Notes: generated by a model not told the origin, from the letters alone. 64,000 nt of DNA from a bacterium (GCA_963675755.2 CAXXMD010000002.1:2080001-2144000), one strand, 5' to 3'. Positions 38,467 through 50,199 are shown, counted from the stretch's first letter. A program made the numbers and translations.

Positions 38467-39870
38467 TCACACATTTTTACGGTCTACTATTGCAGCCATC
38501 AAATCTGCTTCACAAGCCAGCTCATCATTCACAAAAGCCCTTCCGAACATTTTTGCCAATGAACGACGATACGGTCCCATTTCCACTTCAAAACGCAGTG
38601 TATCTCCGGGTGTTACTGTTTTACGAAAACGAACGTTATCTATACCTGTAAAAAGCACAGCTTTTTCAGCCGGATCCGTTTCTGAATTTAACAGCATAAT
38701 ACCACCGGTTTGTGCCATGGCTTCAATGATCAAAACACCCGGCATAACCGGCCAACCGGGGAAATGACCCTGAAAAAACGGTTCATTCATGGTCACATTT
38801 TTAATACCAATAACACGTTCCTGTGGAATCAGATCAATGATCTTGTCAACCAGCAGGAATGGATAGCGGTGCGGTAAAATTCGCATAATCGCTTCAGTAT
38901 CCAGAAAAACACCAGTGCGTTGATTGATCTGATATTTTGATTTAATCAGTTTTTTCTTGTATTCTTTACGTATAAGTTTTACCAGTTCAGCATTGGCCTT
39001 GTGTCCCGAGCGCGCGGCAATAATATGCCCTTTTATAGGCACACCCAACAATGCAAGATCACCAATCAGATCAAGCGCTTTATGACGAACCGGTTCATTG
39101 GGATAACGCAACTCTTTACCGTTTAATATCCCATTCGATGACATGCTGACATCAGCTTCAATGCCAAACATTTTACGAAGATCATTCAACTCTTTTGTAT
39201 CCATATCGCGATCTATAATAACAACGGCGTTATCCAGATCACCACCTTTAATAAGGCCGGCTTTCCACAGTTCTTCAACTTCATGCAAAAAACAAAAAGT
39301 TCGTGAAGCTGCAAATTCAGTTGCAAACTCTTCGCGCAATGAATACATGGATGTATATTGTGTTCCCAATGCCGGGTTTTGATAATCAACCATAAAGGTG
39401 ATACGAAACTCGTCAGATGGGAATACAACAATATCAATACCGCGGTCCGGTTCGGAATATGCAATGGTACGATCAATAACCAAATAATCACGTGGAGATT
39501 CCTGTTCTTCAAAACCGCATTTCAGCAAAACTTCCACAAAAGGTAATGCACTTCCATCCCCTACCGGGGGTTCATTTCCATCAATTTCACAAATAATATT
39601 ATCAATTTCCAGTCCGCTAATGGCTGCTAAAACGTGCTCAACTGTATGGATTTTTACATCGTTAATACCAATCGTTGTTCCCCGTGAAATATCCACTACA
39701 TGATCAACATCAGCGGGAATCACAGGACTTTCTTCAATATCAACACGTTTAAATAAAATACCGGAATTAGCGGGGGCAGGTTTAAATGTTATTTTTGTTT
39801 TATTTCCAGTATGCAAGCCAACACCAGCATAGGACGCAGACTCTTTTATTGTCCGTTGGTTTGTCAGCAT
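38467..39870 (-). CDS. lpxC/fabZ: Bifunctional LpxC/FabZ
   Basis: GVGLHTG, TVEHVL and RHKALDLIGDL, fused to LPHRYPFLLVD and GHFPG..MPGVL. Confidence 0.96.
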   Translation of the reverse strand: MLTNQRTIKESASYAGVGLHTGNKTKITFKPAPANSGILFKRVDIEESPVIPADVDHVVDISRGTTIGINDVKIHTVEHVLAAISGLEIDNIICEIDGNEPPVGDGSALPFVEVLLKCGFEEQESPRDYLVIDRTIAYSEPDRGIDIVVFPSDEFRITFMVDYQNPALGTQYTSMYSLREEFATEFAASRTFCFLHEVEELWKAGLIKGGDLDNAVVIIDRDMDTKELNDLRKMFGIEADVSMSSNGILNGKELRYPNEPVRHKALDLIGDLALLGVPIKGHIIAARSGHKANAELVKLIRKEYKKKLIKSKYQINQRTGVFLDTEAIMRILPHRYPFLLVDKIIDLIPQERVIGIKNVTMNEPFFQGHFPGWPVMPGVLIIEAMAQTGGIMLLNSETDPAEKAVLFTGIDNVRFRKTVTPGDTLRFEVEMGPYRRSLAKMFGRAFVNDELACEADLMAAIVDRKNV

Positions 39871-39956
39871 TTCACCTCCTAGATGCGCAATGCGCCAGTT
39901 ACATATAAATAAGGGATTGATGAATTAAATACAATACAACCCCAAATTGTTGAACT

Positions 39957-40991
39957 TTATTCAATTTTTCCTTCAAGGTCCCGTAATTGTGCTTCAAGTC
40001 TTCTGACTTTTTTGATCAATTCCGGTAACTTTGCCAAACTTGCTTCTTCTCGTTTAGCCTGCATGTGAGGCCGTGCAGGGTATCCGGATACAAATTCTTT
40101 TTCTGGTACAGATTTGGTAATACCCGCTTGGGCTCCAATAGCCGCCTGATCGCCAATTTCAATATGACCAACCAAACCTGCCTGGCCACCCATTCTAACA
40201 TAACGACCAATTTTTGTACTACCGGAAATTCCAGCCTGTGCGGCAATTGCGGTATGTTCACCTACCTGCACATTGTGTGCAATTTGTACCAGATTGTCAA
40301 TTTTTGCACCGGTTTTAATACGAGTTTCTCCCAGTGTGGCCCGATCTATGGTTGTATTGGCACCAACCTCAACATCATCTTCCAGTACCACATTGCCCAT
40401 TTGCGGCAATTTGTGATACTTGCCATCCTCAAATGCAAAACCAAAACCATCGGAACCAATTACGGCCCCCATATGGATGATTACCCCGTTCCCAATTACA
40501 CATTGTTCACGGACTGTAACATTGGCATAAAGGATACAATTATCACCAACCGAAACATCGGTACCCAAAACTACACCCGGATGAATCACAACATTAGCAC
40601 CAATTTTACAATCCGAACCAATAACAACATTGGCGCCAATTGCAGGATTTTCACCAATTTCGCAATTTTCACCAATATTGGCTGTTTCGTGAATACCTTG
40701 TAAAACCTGAGGTTTTTGTTTGTAAAAATGTCGGGCAAGTTTGAGGAATGCAAAATACGGGTTTTTTACCCGTAACAAGGTTTTATCTTTTGCCTCTGGG
40801 AAATCCGGTTCAACCAACACTGCCGAAGCATTCGTAGTTTCAATAAACTTGAAATACTTGTTGTTAGCAATAAAAGAAAGCTGGCCTTGTGTTGCTTCTT
40901 CAATCTTGGCTAAACCGCTGATTTCCCTTGATCCGTCACCGTCTACAACAGCGCCGATCATTTCAGCAATACTATCTATGGTTAAAGACAT
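39957..40991 (-). CDS. lpxD: UDP-3-O-acylglucosamine N-acyltransferase
   Basis: IGSDGFGF, GANTTIDRA and KIDNLVQIAHN. Confidence 0.96.
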   Translation of the reverse strand: MSLTIDSIAEMIGAVVDGDGSREISGLAKIEEATQGQLSFIANNKYFKFIETTNASAVLVEPDFPEAKDKTLLRVKNPYFAFLKLARHFYKQKPQVLQGIHETANIGENCEIGENPAIGANVVIGSDCKIGANVVIHPGVVLGTDVSVGDNCILYANVTVREQCVIGNGVIIHMGAVIGSDGFGFAFEDGKYHKLPQMGNVVLEDDVEVGANTTIDRATLGETRIKTGAKIDNLVQIAHNVQVGEHTAIAAQAGISGSTKIGRYVRMGGQAGLVGHIEIGDQAAIGAQAGITKSVPEKEFVSGYPARPHMQAKREEASLAKLPELIKKVRRLEAQLRDLEGKIE

Positions 40992-41020
40992 ATGCGCCCT
41001 GATTTATACTATCAGATCAA

Positions 41021-41575
41021 TTATTTAGTTGTAGTTTCAAGACCTTTTTCAAGTTCTTCAATAACCAGTTCGGTCAGGTCTGTTTGGTTCGGGCTGGCAT
41101 ATACAATATTACCTGCAACTGTATCAAAAATATAATCAAAGCGTTCATCTTCACCAACAAGCTTGATAGCTTCGTTGATTTTGTCAAAAACGGGTTTCAT
41201 CTGTTTATCTTGTTCGCTGTAAAACTCACCACTTTGTCCCCATTTTTGGGCCTGGTACTGTTGAATTTTCAGGTATAATCCCTGCATTTCCTGCATTTTT
41301 TCTTTCTGACGTTCTTCACTCAAAAGCAGGCGTTGAGATTCCAACTGTTCGTTCATTTCTTCCAACTGTTGCTGCATCTCACGGGCTTCAGCTTCCCATT
41401 CTTTGTTGATTTTATCAAGTCTGTCTTGTGCATCTTGAGCTTCTTTATATGAAGCAAGAATTTGCTGTGAATTGATGTATCCAATTTTCTGAGCAAAAGA
41501 TGATGTTGCAATCAATAAAATAAAAATTACCATTGCACCCTTGATGAGATTACTTTTTTTCACTTTTTCCTCCAA
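41021..41575 (-). CDS. skp: OmpH/Skp periplasmic chaperone
   Basis: AQKIGYIN, a coiled coil and DLTELVI. Lies between bamA and lpxD. The start may be GTG at 41563. Confidence 0.92.
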   Translation of the reverse strand: MEEKVKKSNLIKGAMVIFILLIATSSFAQKIGYINSQQILASYKEAQDAQDRLDKINKEWEAEAREMQQQLEEMNEQLESQRLLLSEERQKEKMQEMQGLYLKIQQYQAQKWGQSGEFYSEQDKQMKPVFDKINEAIKLVGEDERFDYIFDTVAGNIVYASPNQTDLTELVIEELEKGLETTTK

Positions 41576-41607
41576 TATCCTATATTGATTATTGTTAAAT
41601 TACTTTT

Positions 41608-43917
41608 TTAATAGCTTCTTCCAAATACGAAATGCATTTTCCACTTGGGATCAGGATCACCGTATGCGTCCACACGGTCAAATCCATATCCATAATCAAA
41701 ACCGATAATACCAATCATAGGCATAAAAACTCTGGCACCAATACCTGCAGATCGTCTCATACTGAATGGGTCCGCGTATCTAAAACTCTTCCACACATCT
41801 CCCGCTTCTGCAAATAACAGTGCAAATATTGTTGGATTCGGAGCAATCGGTATACGGATTTCTGCTGTATATTTCATCATTGCCTTTCCACCCTCTGCTA
41901 TACGGCTGTATCCTGACAATGGATCATCATAACCGCGCAAAGGAATAGATTGTGACAATCCGTCACCGCCCATAAAAAAGTATTCCTGATATGGGATGCT
42001 CGAACTTCCACCAATCGTTTCCATATAACCAGCCTGGAACCCGGTGTACAATACCAGTTTCCAGTACGATGGCATAAACCAGTCTATCTGAAAACTGTGC
42101 TTCTGATAATCAACATTACCACCCAATACCGTACCGGCAAGTTCCGTGGTTAAAGACACTTCAGAACCTGCTGTTGGGAATTCAGGACGGTCAAGACTGT
42201 TTCTTGAAAAAATATGGGTAATACTGCTGCTTATCAAAGGCCAGTCATAAGATACAATACCATTAGGATTGCTTTCAACATAATAGCTGTTAAAATCAGA
42301 CAAGGTCGTCTGATCGTATTGATAAATCCAATCTGTTCTAAAAAAGTTATCGGGCCAGTTTAAACGGCGTCCCAATCTTACGGAGCCACCTCTACTCTGC
42401 TGGCGATAACCATAATAATATGCATCACGCTGAGTATCGTAAAAGCTGAGACCACCCAGGGTAGGTGTGTCCATAACCCAGGGTTCGGTAAAGCTGATAC
42501 TGAATGAGCGATAATACTGTCCAAAACTCCAGTTAAAATTCAAACGTTGTCCGTTTCCAAAAAGGTTGGCCATACCAACACCTACACTTCCAATCAGGCG
42601 GTCACGTTCACTCCAGCCTGCGGACATGTTGGCGGTGTCGGTTGATTTTTCTTCAACCTTGAATGCCAGATCAACCTGGTCACCAGACGAGGGTATTACC
42701 TGCGGTTCAACATTACCAAAATAATTCAGCATCCAAACTTCTCGCTGGCTTCTTTCAAGCAATGAACGGTTAAATGTGTCACCAGGATAAATTCGCAGCT
42801 CTCTGCGGATCACCTTTTCTTTGGTTTTGGTATTACCACTTACCCGAATCTCATTGATCTTGGCCTGGTTGCCCTCTGTAACATAAAAATGTAAATTTAG
42901 TTTATTGTCATTGTCTTCATCAACAACTTCCTGGGGAGTAATGGTAGAATAAATATAACCTCTGTCATAATACAGACTACCAATATGCTGATAAACAGCT
43001 TCATCCAGCTTTTGCTTGCTGTAAACATCACCACTGTCAAAACGCAAATTGGCTGTTAATTCATCATTAGAAAAGAGTTCATTTCCTTCCCAGCTAATAT
43101 CTCCAAAAATGTACTGTCTGCCTTCTGAGACCCAGATATCAACAAACATGTCATCTTTTTCTTCATTATAATATATTGAATCTTTGAGTACTTCTGCGTC
43201 TCTATAACCCTCATTCTGATAAAAACTGATTAAATTCACCAGATCTTCATCATACTTTTCACGGTCAAAATCCGCACCACGCCACCAGCGGTCTTCTTTG
43301 ATCTCTTTGAATGATTTTTTTAATTTCTTGTCGCTAAATGCCGTATTGCCATAAAAATTAATTTTTTCGACCTGTACTTTTTTACCTTCATTCATATAAA
43401 ACCGAACAATCACCCGATTAGAATCAGTTTTAGAAGGAATTTCTGAAGTATTTACCTCTGCAAGCAAATACCCTTTTTCTTTATACATTTCATAAATCTT
43501 TGTACGAGATCTTGCAAGTAAGGTGGGATTTATAACCTGGCCGCTATAAAAATTCAATTCTTCTTCAATATCATCGGTTTTCAACTTTTTGTTTCCGGCA
43601 ATCTCTACCGTATCCAACCGGGGATACTCTTTAATCTTGATGGTAATATAAATACCCTGGGCCAGTTCCTGATCTACTACTACCTGAATATCAGAGAACA
43701 ATTCCAATCGCCATAATTGTTTTATAGCGTCTTGAATACTTTCACCGGTAATTTCAGTACCGGGTACCAGTCCCGAATTCAAACGTACCATACTGGGATC
43801 CGTAGTAACGGCACCCTCAACAGATACATCCAAAATTTTTACCGCCCGACGTTGTGCCGAGACCATTGTTGTTAAAAGAATAAATACTACTAAAACGAGT
43901 TCAAATCTAATCCGCAT
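41608..43917 (-). CDS. bamA: Outer membrane protein assembly factor BamA
   Basis: POTRA repeats (GNTKTKEKVIRREL), NLFGNGQ, LRGY and a beta-barrel C-terminus. Start at 43917 after GAGGA. Confidence 0.96.
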   Translation of the reverse strand: MRIRFELVLVVFILLTTMVSAQRRAVKILDVSVEGAVTTDPSMVRLNSGLVPGTEITGESIQDAIKQLWRLELFSDIQVVVDQELAQGIYITIKIKEYPRLDTVEIAGNKKLKTDDIEEELNFYSGQVINPTLLARSRTKIYEMYKEKGYLLAEVNTSEIPSKTDSNRVIVRFYMNEGKKVQVEKINFYGNTAFSDKKLKKSFKEIKEDRWWRGADFDREKYDEDLVNLISFYQNEGYRDAEVLKDSIYYNEEKDDMFVDIWVSEGRQYIFGDISWEGNELFSNDELTANLRFDSGDVYSKQKLDEAVYQHIGSLYYDRGYIYSTITPQEVVDEDNDNKLNLHFYVTEGNQAKINEIRVSGNTKTKEKVIRRELRIYPGDTFNRSLLERSQREVWMLNYFGNVEPQVIPSSGDQVDLAFKVEEKSTDTANMSAGWSERDRLIGSVGVGMANLFGNGQRLNFNWSFGQYYRSFSISFTEPWVMDTPTLGGLSFYDTQRDAYYYGYRQQSRGGSVRLGRRLNWPDNFFRTDWIYQYDQTTLSDFNSYYVESNPNGIVSYDWPLISSSITHIFSRNSLDRPEFPTAGSEVSLTTELAGTVLGGNVDYQKHSFQIDWFMPSYWKLVLYTGFQAGYMETIGGSSSIPYQEYFFMGGDGLSQSIPLRGYDDPLSGYSRIAEGGKAMMKYTAEIRIPIAPNPTIFALLFAEAGDVWKSFRYADPFSMRRSAGIGARVFMPMIGIIGFDYGYGFDRVDAYGDPDPKWKMHFVFGRSY

Positions 43918-43995
43918 TTCCTCACCTGTTTTCACAATTTCTAAATGTAATAAATTCATCCATTATTGTAAAGGAAAAATACAAATTCCTTTCAA

Positions 43996-46900
43996 TTAAA
44001 ATGGAAACCAATGCCGTAGTACGATACGTTTATCATCCCTGTTCTCTCGTTGCCATATCAAACTATCGTAATCGTACTCAAGTTCCAATAAAAGGCGAGG
44101 ATTTATCTGATATTCTAATCCCATGCGGTGATGTAACCCCACATTAATATCTTTGTAACGATAATCAATCCCGGATTCAACTTGACCTGTATACTGGAAA
44201 AATACATTATCTACAATGTATTTACCCACAACAAGACGGGTACTTTTCAATAGAGACAACCTGTTGTTTACCCTAAGGTTATTGTTTAAATTAAATTCTA
44301 AAAGATTTTTTGCAAACATGGAGCTAAATCGAACATAATCCAATCCAAATGTCTTTTCCAATGATCGTTCAACCGGCCGAATCAAAGGTCGTAAAATTAA
44401 ATTTTCTGTTCCAAAACCAATTGCGTCAATTGCAGGATTTTGTTGCAACGTTGCATTCGAATATCCCAATGTAGATAAAATTTGTCGTTCCGATGCACCC
44501 ACACTCGGATTATCTGAAGACAATTTAAACCGAATCTGGTTCCACCTGCCCCGTGTATCCTCCAGGCGGGCAATATCATCAACCGGCTTTTTATCCATAG
44601 TAATATCATGGGTTTGCATGGTAAGATAAATCTGTGATGGAATTCCCGCAGAATCAGCAACTGTCGTTCTTGCATTCCCATAAACCACAGGTTCAAGCGT
44701 ACTTTTATCAAACTCTGCACCGGCACGTTCTATCCTAAAATCCATTCCCAGGTATTCAATAACACCTTTAGTAGAGCGCGCTTCACCAATAATCCTGAAA
44801 CTTTCATCTTTTAACTGACCAGTAAAACCCAACTCACTGTATTTCTCATTTATTTGTAAATTTACATAAACATTATCAATAGCACCGGGAAATGTTTTTA
44901 CATACCTCACATCCTGAATCGGTCTAACTAAAAGATCCCACTGCATTCGCATAAAAAAGTCCTCAACAACCGGATCAGGGGTTGATGTACCTTCATAAAA
45001 CGGGTACATGATTTCAGTATCATACAACTGTATGGTTCCCCTGAATGTAGGATTACCATCAATCCATGCAAAATAAAAGTGGTCTTCACCATCTCTTCCA
45101 ATCATCTCCAGGTTACCATAGACTCCAGGCTCCATTAACCCATCAATGTTAAGCGGAACTCCTTTTTCAAATGACTGGGGAATAATAACACCCAAACTTA
45201 ATCCCGTATCACCTAACAGAATGTTTTCCAAAGGTTTGGATGAATTTACCGGTGCCAGCGTATTAAATATCCTGAAAGGTTTTCCACCCATCTTGCCGGA
45301 AATATACTTTGCATGGATAAACTGATCATCGGGAACAAACTCAAAATCACCTCTCAATTCGGTCATTGGAGGTATTACTCCACTGCAATACATATCGCCA
45401 TTTTCAAGCTTTAATGTTGCAGCTTCTAAAACGGGATTTTCAGGTGATCCACTTACACTGGCATTGAACACGCAATCACTGTGCGGTTCATTAAAAAAAC
45501 TGACCTTGTCTGATAATATCTGTAAAAAATTACCTTCACCGGTTAGGTAAATGTATAAACTGTCTCTGTTGTGGAACGGATAAACACCATTCCCTCTTAC
45601 CTCGTAAAAATTATGACGGGTTAACCTAAAATCATCAATAAACAATCCCGAATAATCACTTTTTCCCGCACCCAGATCAACCTCAATCTCATCAAACGGC
45701 ACGTCATACACACTGCCGTCCTTGACAGCAAATAAACCTTCAACGCTGGGGTTCTTTGCACTACCGGTCAAACTGATATCTACAAGACCGTTGCCAATAA
45801 ATGCAGGCTCTTCGTCTTCAGGTGTAATAAATATTTCTTCAAAATTAAATCCAGCACCTTTAACAAAAAAATCCAAACTATCTGATAGTATATTATACTT
45901 GCCTTGCGTATACAAAAGTGTTGCGTCTGAAGAGTTCAATGTTAAATGTGGAACAGATAAATACGTACTGTCCAGACCAATCTCCATATGTGCGCTATAA
46001 GGTCCCAGGGTTTCATATCTCAAATCTTTTAAATCCAGCTCAGATTCAAGGCGTGGATATTGCCGGCTGCCGGAAATATCCAGATTCATATCCAAAGTAC
46101 CATTCAACTTTGTTTCTCGGGTTTTATAAAAATCAGAAATCTCCAGGGATTTGGCAGAAACATTTCCTGATAATAGATTAAAATCCGTCAACGTAACATT
46201 AGCAAACAACTGATCAGCAAGATTAAACTGATTTAAAACGATCTTGTTATCATCCTGATGAAAACGGAATTCTCCATCCAACCGGTATTCCTTATCAGGA
46301 TACAAATCAAATTTACCCCAGCCATTTAACTGCTTTTTGTTATTAAATTCCATTTGCACATTAGCAAAACCATTACTGAAATACCCACCCTCAACACGGT
46401 TAATTCTACCAAACAGACGGTGTTCTTTATTGGTTCCACTCAACCGACCTGAAACAGAAAAATTTTTCAAAAAATAATCAGCAAAAGGCATATGAAAATG
46501 AGGCAAAATATATTTTTGAAGCTCCTCAAACTGAATATCCCATGCTAGAGGTGAAGACAAGTTGATGGTTGCAGTAATATCTGAACTACTGTCCGGATTG
46601 ATTTCAAGCTTGTTCTCCGCCAGCAAAACATTAACAGGTAACAATGTTGTATCTAAATCCTGAGATACGAGTTGAATACTACCAGTTCCATCAACTATGG
46701 GTGATTCCAAACTGCCATAAATATCTGCAGAAAGCGATGTACCAAATTTTTCAAGCTTATCAGCACCAAACCCCATCAATTCCTGGGTCATATCACCTTC
46801 AATAGATAGATTACCCAGCATGGGCCTTCCATCTAATCCAAAATCCAATACCCCAACCAGCGATATTTGATTACTCAATAAATTGAAATCACATTGATTA

Positions 46901-48108
46901 AAATAAAATTTATTTTTATTAAACCGGCTGTCAATATCAATATTCTTGACAATTACATTATCATACAACAAACTATCAGCATGGATGTGATTTACCAAAT
47001 CAAAATTGGTTATAGTTCCGGCAAGATGTGCATCTACCTCAACTGTTCCATCAATTTTTTCCGCAAAATTGCCCTCAAACATTGAATTGAAATTTTTAAA
47101 CTCAACGTGTGGGCTTTTTAATTGAAGATCAAAATAAGGAAAAACAACATTATAGATTTCACCGGTAATTTCCATATACGAATCATTAATACGCTGCGAT
47201 GCCTTGTCAACAATCAGATTCCAATCTTCAATATGTGACATCAGGTTCATATCAGTAATCTGATAAATGTCATCATACAACTCGGCACCCGCATCTTTGA
47301 TCCGTAAATCCCCTGACAAATCAAATCCCTTCTTTCCGGGTATGCGTTCAAGATTCAGAACACCATTCACCTCACCTGACGTAAAACGCAAATCAGGAAC
47401 AAGCTCTTCAGGTATATAATCTTTAAGCTTGTAACGCATCAACTCGGCTCTAATATGCGATATTGTTCCCTTTTTATTATGGGCCCTGGCCAGAATATTT
47501 AAATTTGCTTCATTGGAATTGAACAATTTTCCTGTCAGACGCAAGTCAATTGAATCTGCCTTGTCTACAAAAAAACCGCCTTCAATGGAATGAGCAAGAA
47601 GAATGTTTAACGAATCATGGACCTGATAATACAACTCGCCGTCAATAATTGACAAACGATTTAAAATCTCCAGACGTTGAAACTGCTTTTTATAGGTATC
47701 TTTAATTTCAGAAAAATTGGGATAAGATAGTACTTTTTGAGTAGTATCCGATTGCTGTACACGAATATACAGACTGGGGTGATCAATCAAAATATCCTGA
47801 GATATAGTTTGCGGATTAATGCCCTGCACCAACATCTTGAACAGATTAAAACCAACTCGAATATTTTCTACAGAAACATCAAATTGCTTATCCGGCAGCG
47901 GAATATTTACATCTTTGAACCGAACATTGCCAAAACCCAGCTTGACTTCTGAAATTGTACAATTTTCACCAAGCATAGGCCGAATTTGTTCAAGTACATA
48001 ATTTTTGATCCGTTCATTTGCCTTAAAGTATTGCAAACCATAGAGATAGGCAACAACTATAACAACAAGCAAAGCAAATACAAATAGGACCCATTTACGT
48101 TCGCGCAA
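43996..48108 (-). CDS. AsmA/TamB-like large periplasmic protein
   Basis: 1370 aa, single N-terminal TM and repeated xLxGSxxNPxxxG beta motifs. Lies upstream of bamA. Confidence 0.7.
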   Translation of the reverse strand: MRERKWVLFVFALLVVIVVAYLYGLQYFKANERIKNYVLEQIRPMLGENCTISEVKLGFGNVRFKDVNIPLPDKQFDVSVENIRVGFNLFKMLVQGINPQTISQDILIDHPSLYIRVQQSDTTQKVLSYPNFSEIKDTYKKQFQRLEILNRLSIIDGELYYQVHDSLNILLAHSIEGGFFVDKADSIDLRLTGKLFNSNEANLNILARAHNKKGTISHIRAELMRYKLKDYIPEELVPDLRFTSGEVNGVLNLERIPGKKGFDLSGDLRIKDAGAELYDDIYQITDMNLMSHIEDWNLIVDKASQRINDSYMEITGEIYNVVFPYFDLQLKSPHVEFKNFNSMFEGNFAEKIDGTVEVDAHLAGTITNFDLVNHIHADSLLYDNVIVKNIDIDSRFNKNKFYFNQCDFNLLSNQISLVGVLDFGLDGRPMLGNLSIEGDMTQELMGFGADKLEKFGTSLSADIYGSLESPIVDGTGSIQLVSQDLDTTLLPVNVLLAENKLEINPDSSSDITATINLSSPLAWDIQFEELQKYILPHFHMPFADYFLKNFSVSGRLSGTNKEHRLFGRINRVEGGYFSNGFANVQMEFNNKKQLNGWGKFDLYPDKEYRLDGEFRFHQDDNKIVLNQFNLADQLFANVTLTDFNLLSGNVSAKSLEISDFYKTRETKLNGTLDMNLDISGSRQYPRLESELDLKDLRYETLGPYSAHMEIGLDSTYLSVPHLTLNSSDATLLYTQGKYNILSDSLDFFVKGAGFNFEEIFITPEDEEPAFIGNGLVDISLTGSAKNPSVEGLFAVKDGSVYDVPFDEIEVDLGAGKSDYSGLFIDDFRLTRHNFYEVRGNGVYPFHNRDSLYIYLTGEGNFLQILSDKVSFFNEPHSDCVFNASVSGSPENPVLEAATLKLENGDMYCSGVIPPMTELRGDFEFVPDDQFIHAKYISGKMGGKPFRIFNTLAPVNSSKPLENILLGDTGLSLGVIIPQSFEKGVPLNIDGLMEPGVYGNLEMIGRDGEDHFYFAWIDGNPTFRGTIQLYDTEIMYPFYEGTSTPDPVVEDFFMRMQWDLLVRPIQDVRYVKTFPGAIDNVYVNLQINEKYSELGFTGQLKDESFRIIGEARSTKGVIEYLGMDFRIERAGAEFDKSTLEPVVYGNARTTVADSAGIPSQIYLTMQTHDITMDKKPVDDIARLEDTRGRWNQIRFKLSSDNPSVGASERQILSTLGYSNATLQQNPAIDAIGFGTENLILRPLIRPVERSLEKTFGLDYVRFSSMFAKNLLEFNLNNNLRVNNRLSLLKSTRLVVGKYIVDNVFFQYTGQVESGIDYRYKDINVGLHHRMGLEYQINPRLLLELEYDYDSLIWQRENRDDKRIVLRHWFPF

Positions 48109-48214
48109 ACATTATTCCCAAATAATACAACTAGAAAATTACAAAAAAAGCGGAATAATCCGCCCATAGTAATTATACAAATACAAAAATATTAGGTTCC
48201 GGTTAAAATCAATT

Positions 48215-48970
48215 TCAGGATTGCATTTGTTCACTGACTTTGCCAAACCGTCTTTCCCGCTGTTGATAAGATTCAATCGCATCCAAAAAATCTGATTCGT
48301 GAAAATCCGGCCACAAAGTGGATGTAATAAAGAGTTCGGTATAAGCAAGCTGCCATAATAAAAAGTTACTAATTCGCATTTCACCACTGGTGCGGATCAA
48401 AAGGTCCGGATCACCAATCTCAACAGTTTGCAGATATTGACTGAAAACCTTTTCGTCAACCTGCGATATGTCTAACCTTCCATCCTGAATATCTTTATAT
48501 AAGGTTTTAAACGACTGAAGTATTTCGTTTCTTCCACTGTAACTCAGGGCGAGGTTCAGGATCAAGCCTGTATTCTTGCTTAATTTTTTTATCGTATTCT
48601 TAATACCAAGACGTGGCGCCATTGGCAACACATCTATATCACCAATTGCCATTAGACGCACATTTTTTTTATTCAAATCGTTTACTTCTTCCTTAATCGT
48701 AGAAACCAGTAAACTCATCAAAGCAGAAACTTCTTGTTTAGGGCGTCGCCAGTTTTCAGATGAAAACGTATACAAGGTCAATGCTTTTATATCTAACGAA
48801 CCGGCGGCCTCTACAATATCACGAACTGAATTTACACCTTCACGGTGCCCTTCAATCCTGTCAAGCCCTCTTTTTTTTGCCCATCTGCCATTTCCATCCA
48901 TAATAATAGCAACATGAGAAGGAACCGGTCCCTGATTTTTTATTTTTTCAATTCTTGTTTCATCCATCAA
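48215..48970 (-). CDS. uppS: Undecaprenyl diphosphate synthase
   Basis: HVAIIMDGNGRWA, FSSENWRRP and RTSGEMRISNFLLWQ. Confidence 0.97.
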   Translation of the reverse strand: MMDETRIEKIKNQGPVPSHVAIIMDGNGRWAKKRGLDRIEGHREGVNSVRDIVEAAGSLDIKALTLYTFSSENWRRPKQEVSALMSLLVSTIKEEVNDLNKKNVRLMAIGDIDVLPMAPRLGIKNTIKKLSKNTGLILNLALSYSGRNEILQSFKTLYKDIQDGRLDISQVDEKVFSQYLQTVEIGDPDLLIRTSGEMRISNFLLWQLAYTELFITSTLWPDFHESDFLDAIESYQQRERRFGKVSEQMQS

Positions 48971-49048
48971 ATTGTTTCTCTAATATATACACAATCTACA
49001 AATTTATTGAAAAAATCATCAATTGCAAGAATAATAAAAAGATAATTC

Positions 49049-49085
49049 AAAAAAAAAGCCCCGTATTAGCATTTCTATACGGGGC
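49049..49085 (-). terminator. Rho-independent terminator after the TPR gene
   Basis: GCCCCGTAT/ATACGGGGC stem followed by a T9 tract on the minus strand. Confidence 0.85.
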
Positions 49086-49107
49086 AATATATTTTATCTA
49101 TATATTC

Positions 49108-50199
49108 TTATTTTTGCAGTTCTTCAGCTTTCTTAAAACATGCTACACCTTCATCCTGATTGCCGGATTGGATGTGAGCTACACCAAGATTATTCCACAA
49201 ATTTACATTTTCAGGTTGTGCTTCAACACCTTTTTTCAAATAAGGTATAGAATTGGTATAAAAAGTTTTCATTGCTTCACGTTCTTCAGCAGCAACGGTT
49301 TCACCGTTATTTTCTTTTTCTACCAGTTTCTTACGCATTTCATCAGCAATACTCAAATAAGCGTTACCAACATTAATATTTGCATCAATATCAGAAGGAT
49401 CATTTGCAATTACTCTTTCAAACAATTCAATTGCTTCTGCATATTCACCACGCATATAGTGCAAACGTGCTAAATTAAACAGCAGGTCCTTAGCATCTGG
49501 GTTCTTTTTAATAGCTTCTTTATAGATTTCCATTGCTTCTTCTTTTTTACCCAGAAAATCAAGAGCCAATGCCAGATTAGAAATAGCATCAGTATTTTCA
49601 GGATCTTTTTCCAACAATGCTTTTTCAAGATCCACTACTTTTTGATACTCTTTATCTTCAAAATATGCACCAGCAAGCGCCTGAACCACTTCAGAATCAT
49701 CAGGATTCATTTCAACAGCTTTTTCATAAGTTTCTTTTGATTTTTCTTTATCACCATTCTGGGTATAAGCAATTGCCAGGTTACGATATGCTTCGGGGCG
49801 ATTAGGCTCAACAGCTAAACAGGTCTCAAACTGATTGATTGCACCTGCAAGATCACCACTATTAATACGATTTACGCCAGAGTTAAAAGCAGTTACCCAA
49901 TATTTATCACGGCTGCTTTTAATTTGAGCTTCGTAGGTAGGTGCCAGTTCAAGTGATTTATTATACATTTCATTCATTTTTTCCCATTCACCCTGGTTTC
50001 CATATCCTTCTCCCAGAAGATAAGGGGCTTCAGCATTAGTCGGGTAAAGCTGTACAGCTTGTTCCAGCTGAGTAATTGCATTATTCCAGTCATCCTGTTG
50101 AATATACACTTTAGCGGAAGTTAGTTCTTTGGGAGTACAACCCATGAATGCAACCATTCCGATTAGAATAAACATGACTGCAAAATAACGAATCTTCAT
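49108..50199 (-). CDS. Tetratricopeptide-repeat lipoprotein
   Basis: Lipobox FMGC and multiple TPR units. Confidence 0.9.
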   Translation of the reverse strand: MKIRYFAVMFILIGMVAFMGCTPKELTSAKVYIQQDDWNNAITQLEQAVQLYPTNAEAPYLLGEGYGNQGEWEKMNEMYNKSLELAPTYEAQIKSSRDKYWVTAFNSGVNRINSGDLAGAINQFETCLAVEPNRPEAYRNLAIAYTQNGDKEKSKETYEKAVEMNPDDSEVVQALAGAYFEDKEYQKVVDLEKALLEKDPENTDAISNLALALDFLGKKEEAMEIYKEAIKKNPDAKDLLFNLARLHYMRGEYAEAIELFERVIANDPSDIDANINVGNAYLSIADEMRKKLVEKENNGETVAAEEREAMKTFYTNSIPYLKKGVEAQPENVNLWNNLGVAHIQSGNQDEGVACFKKAEELQK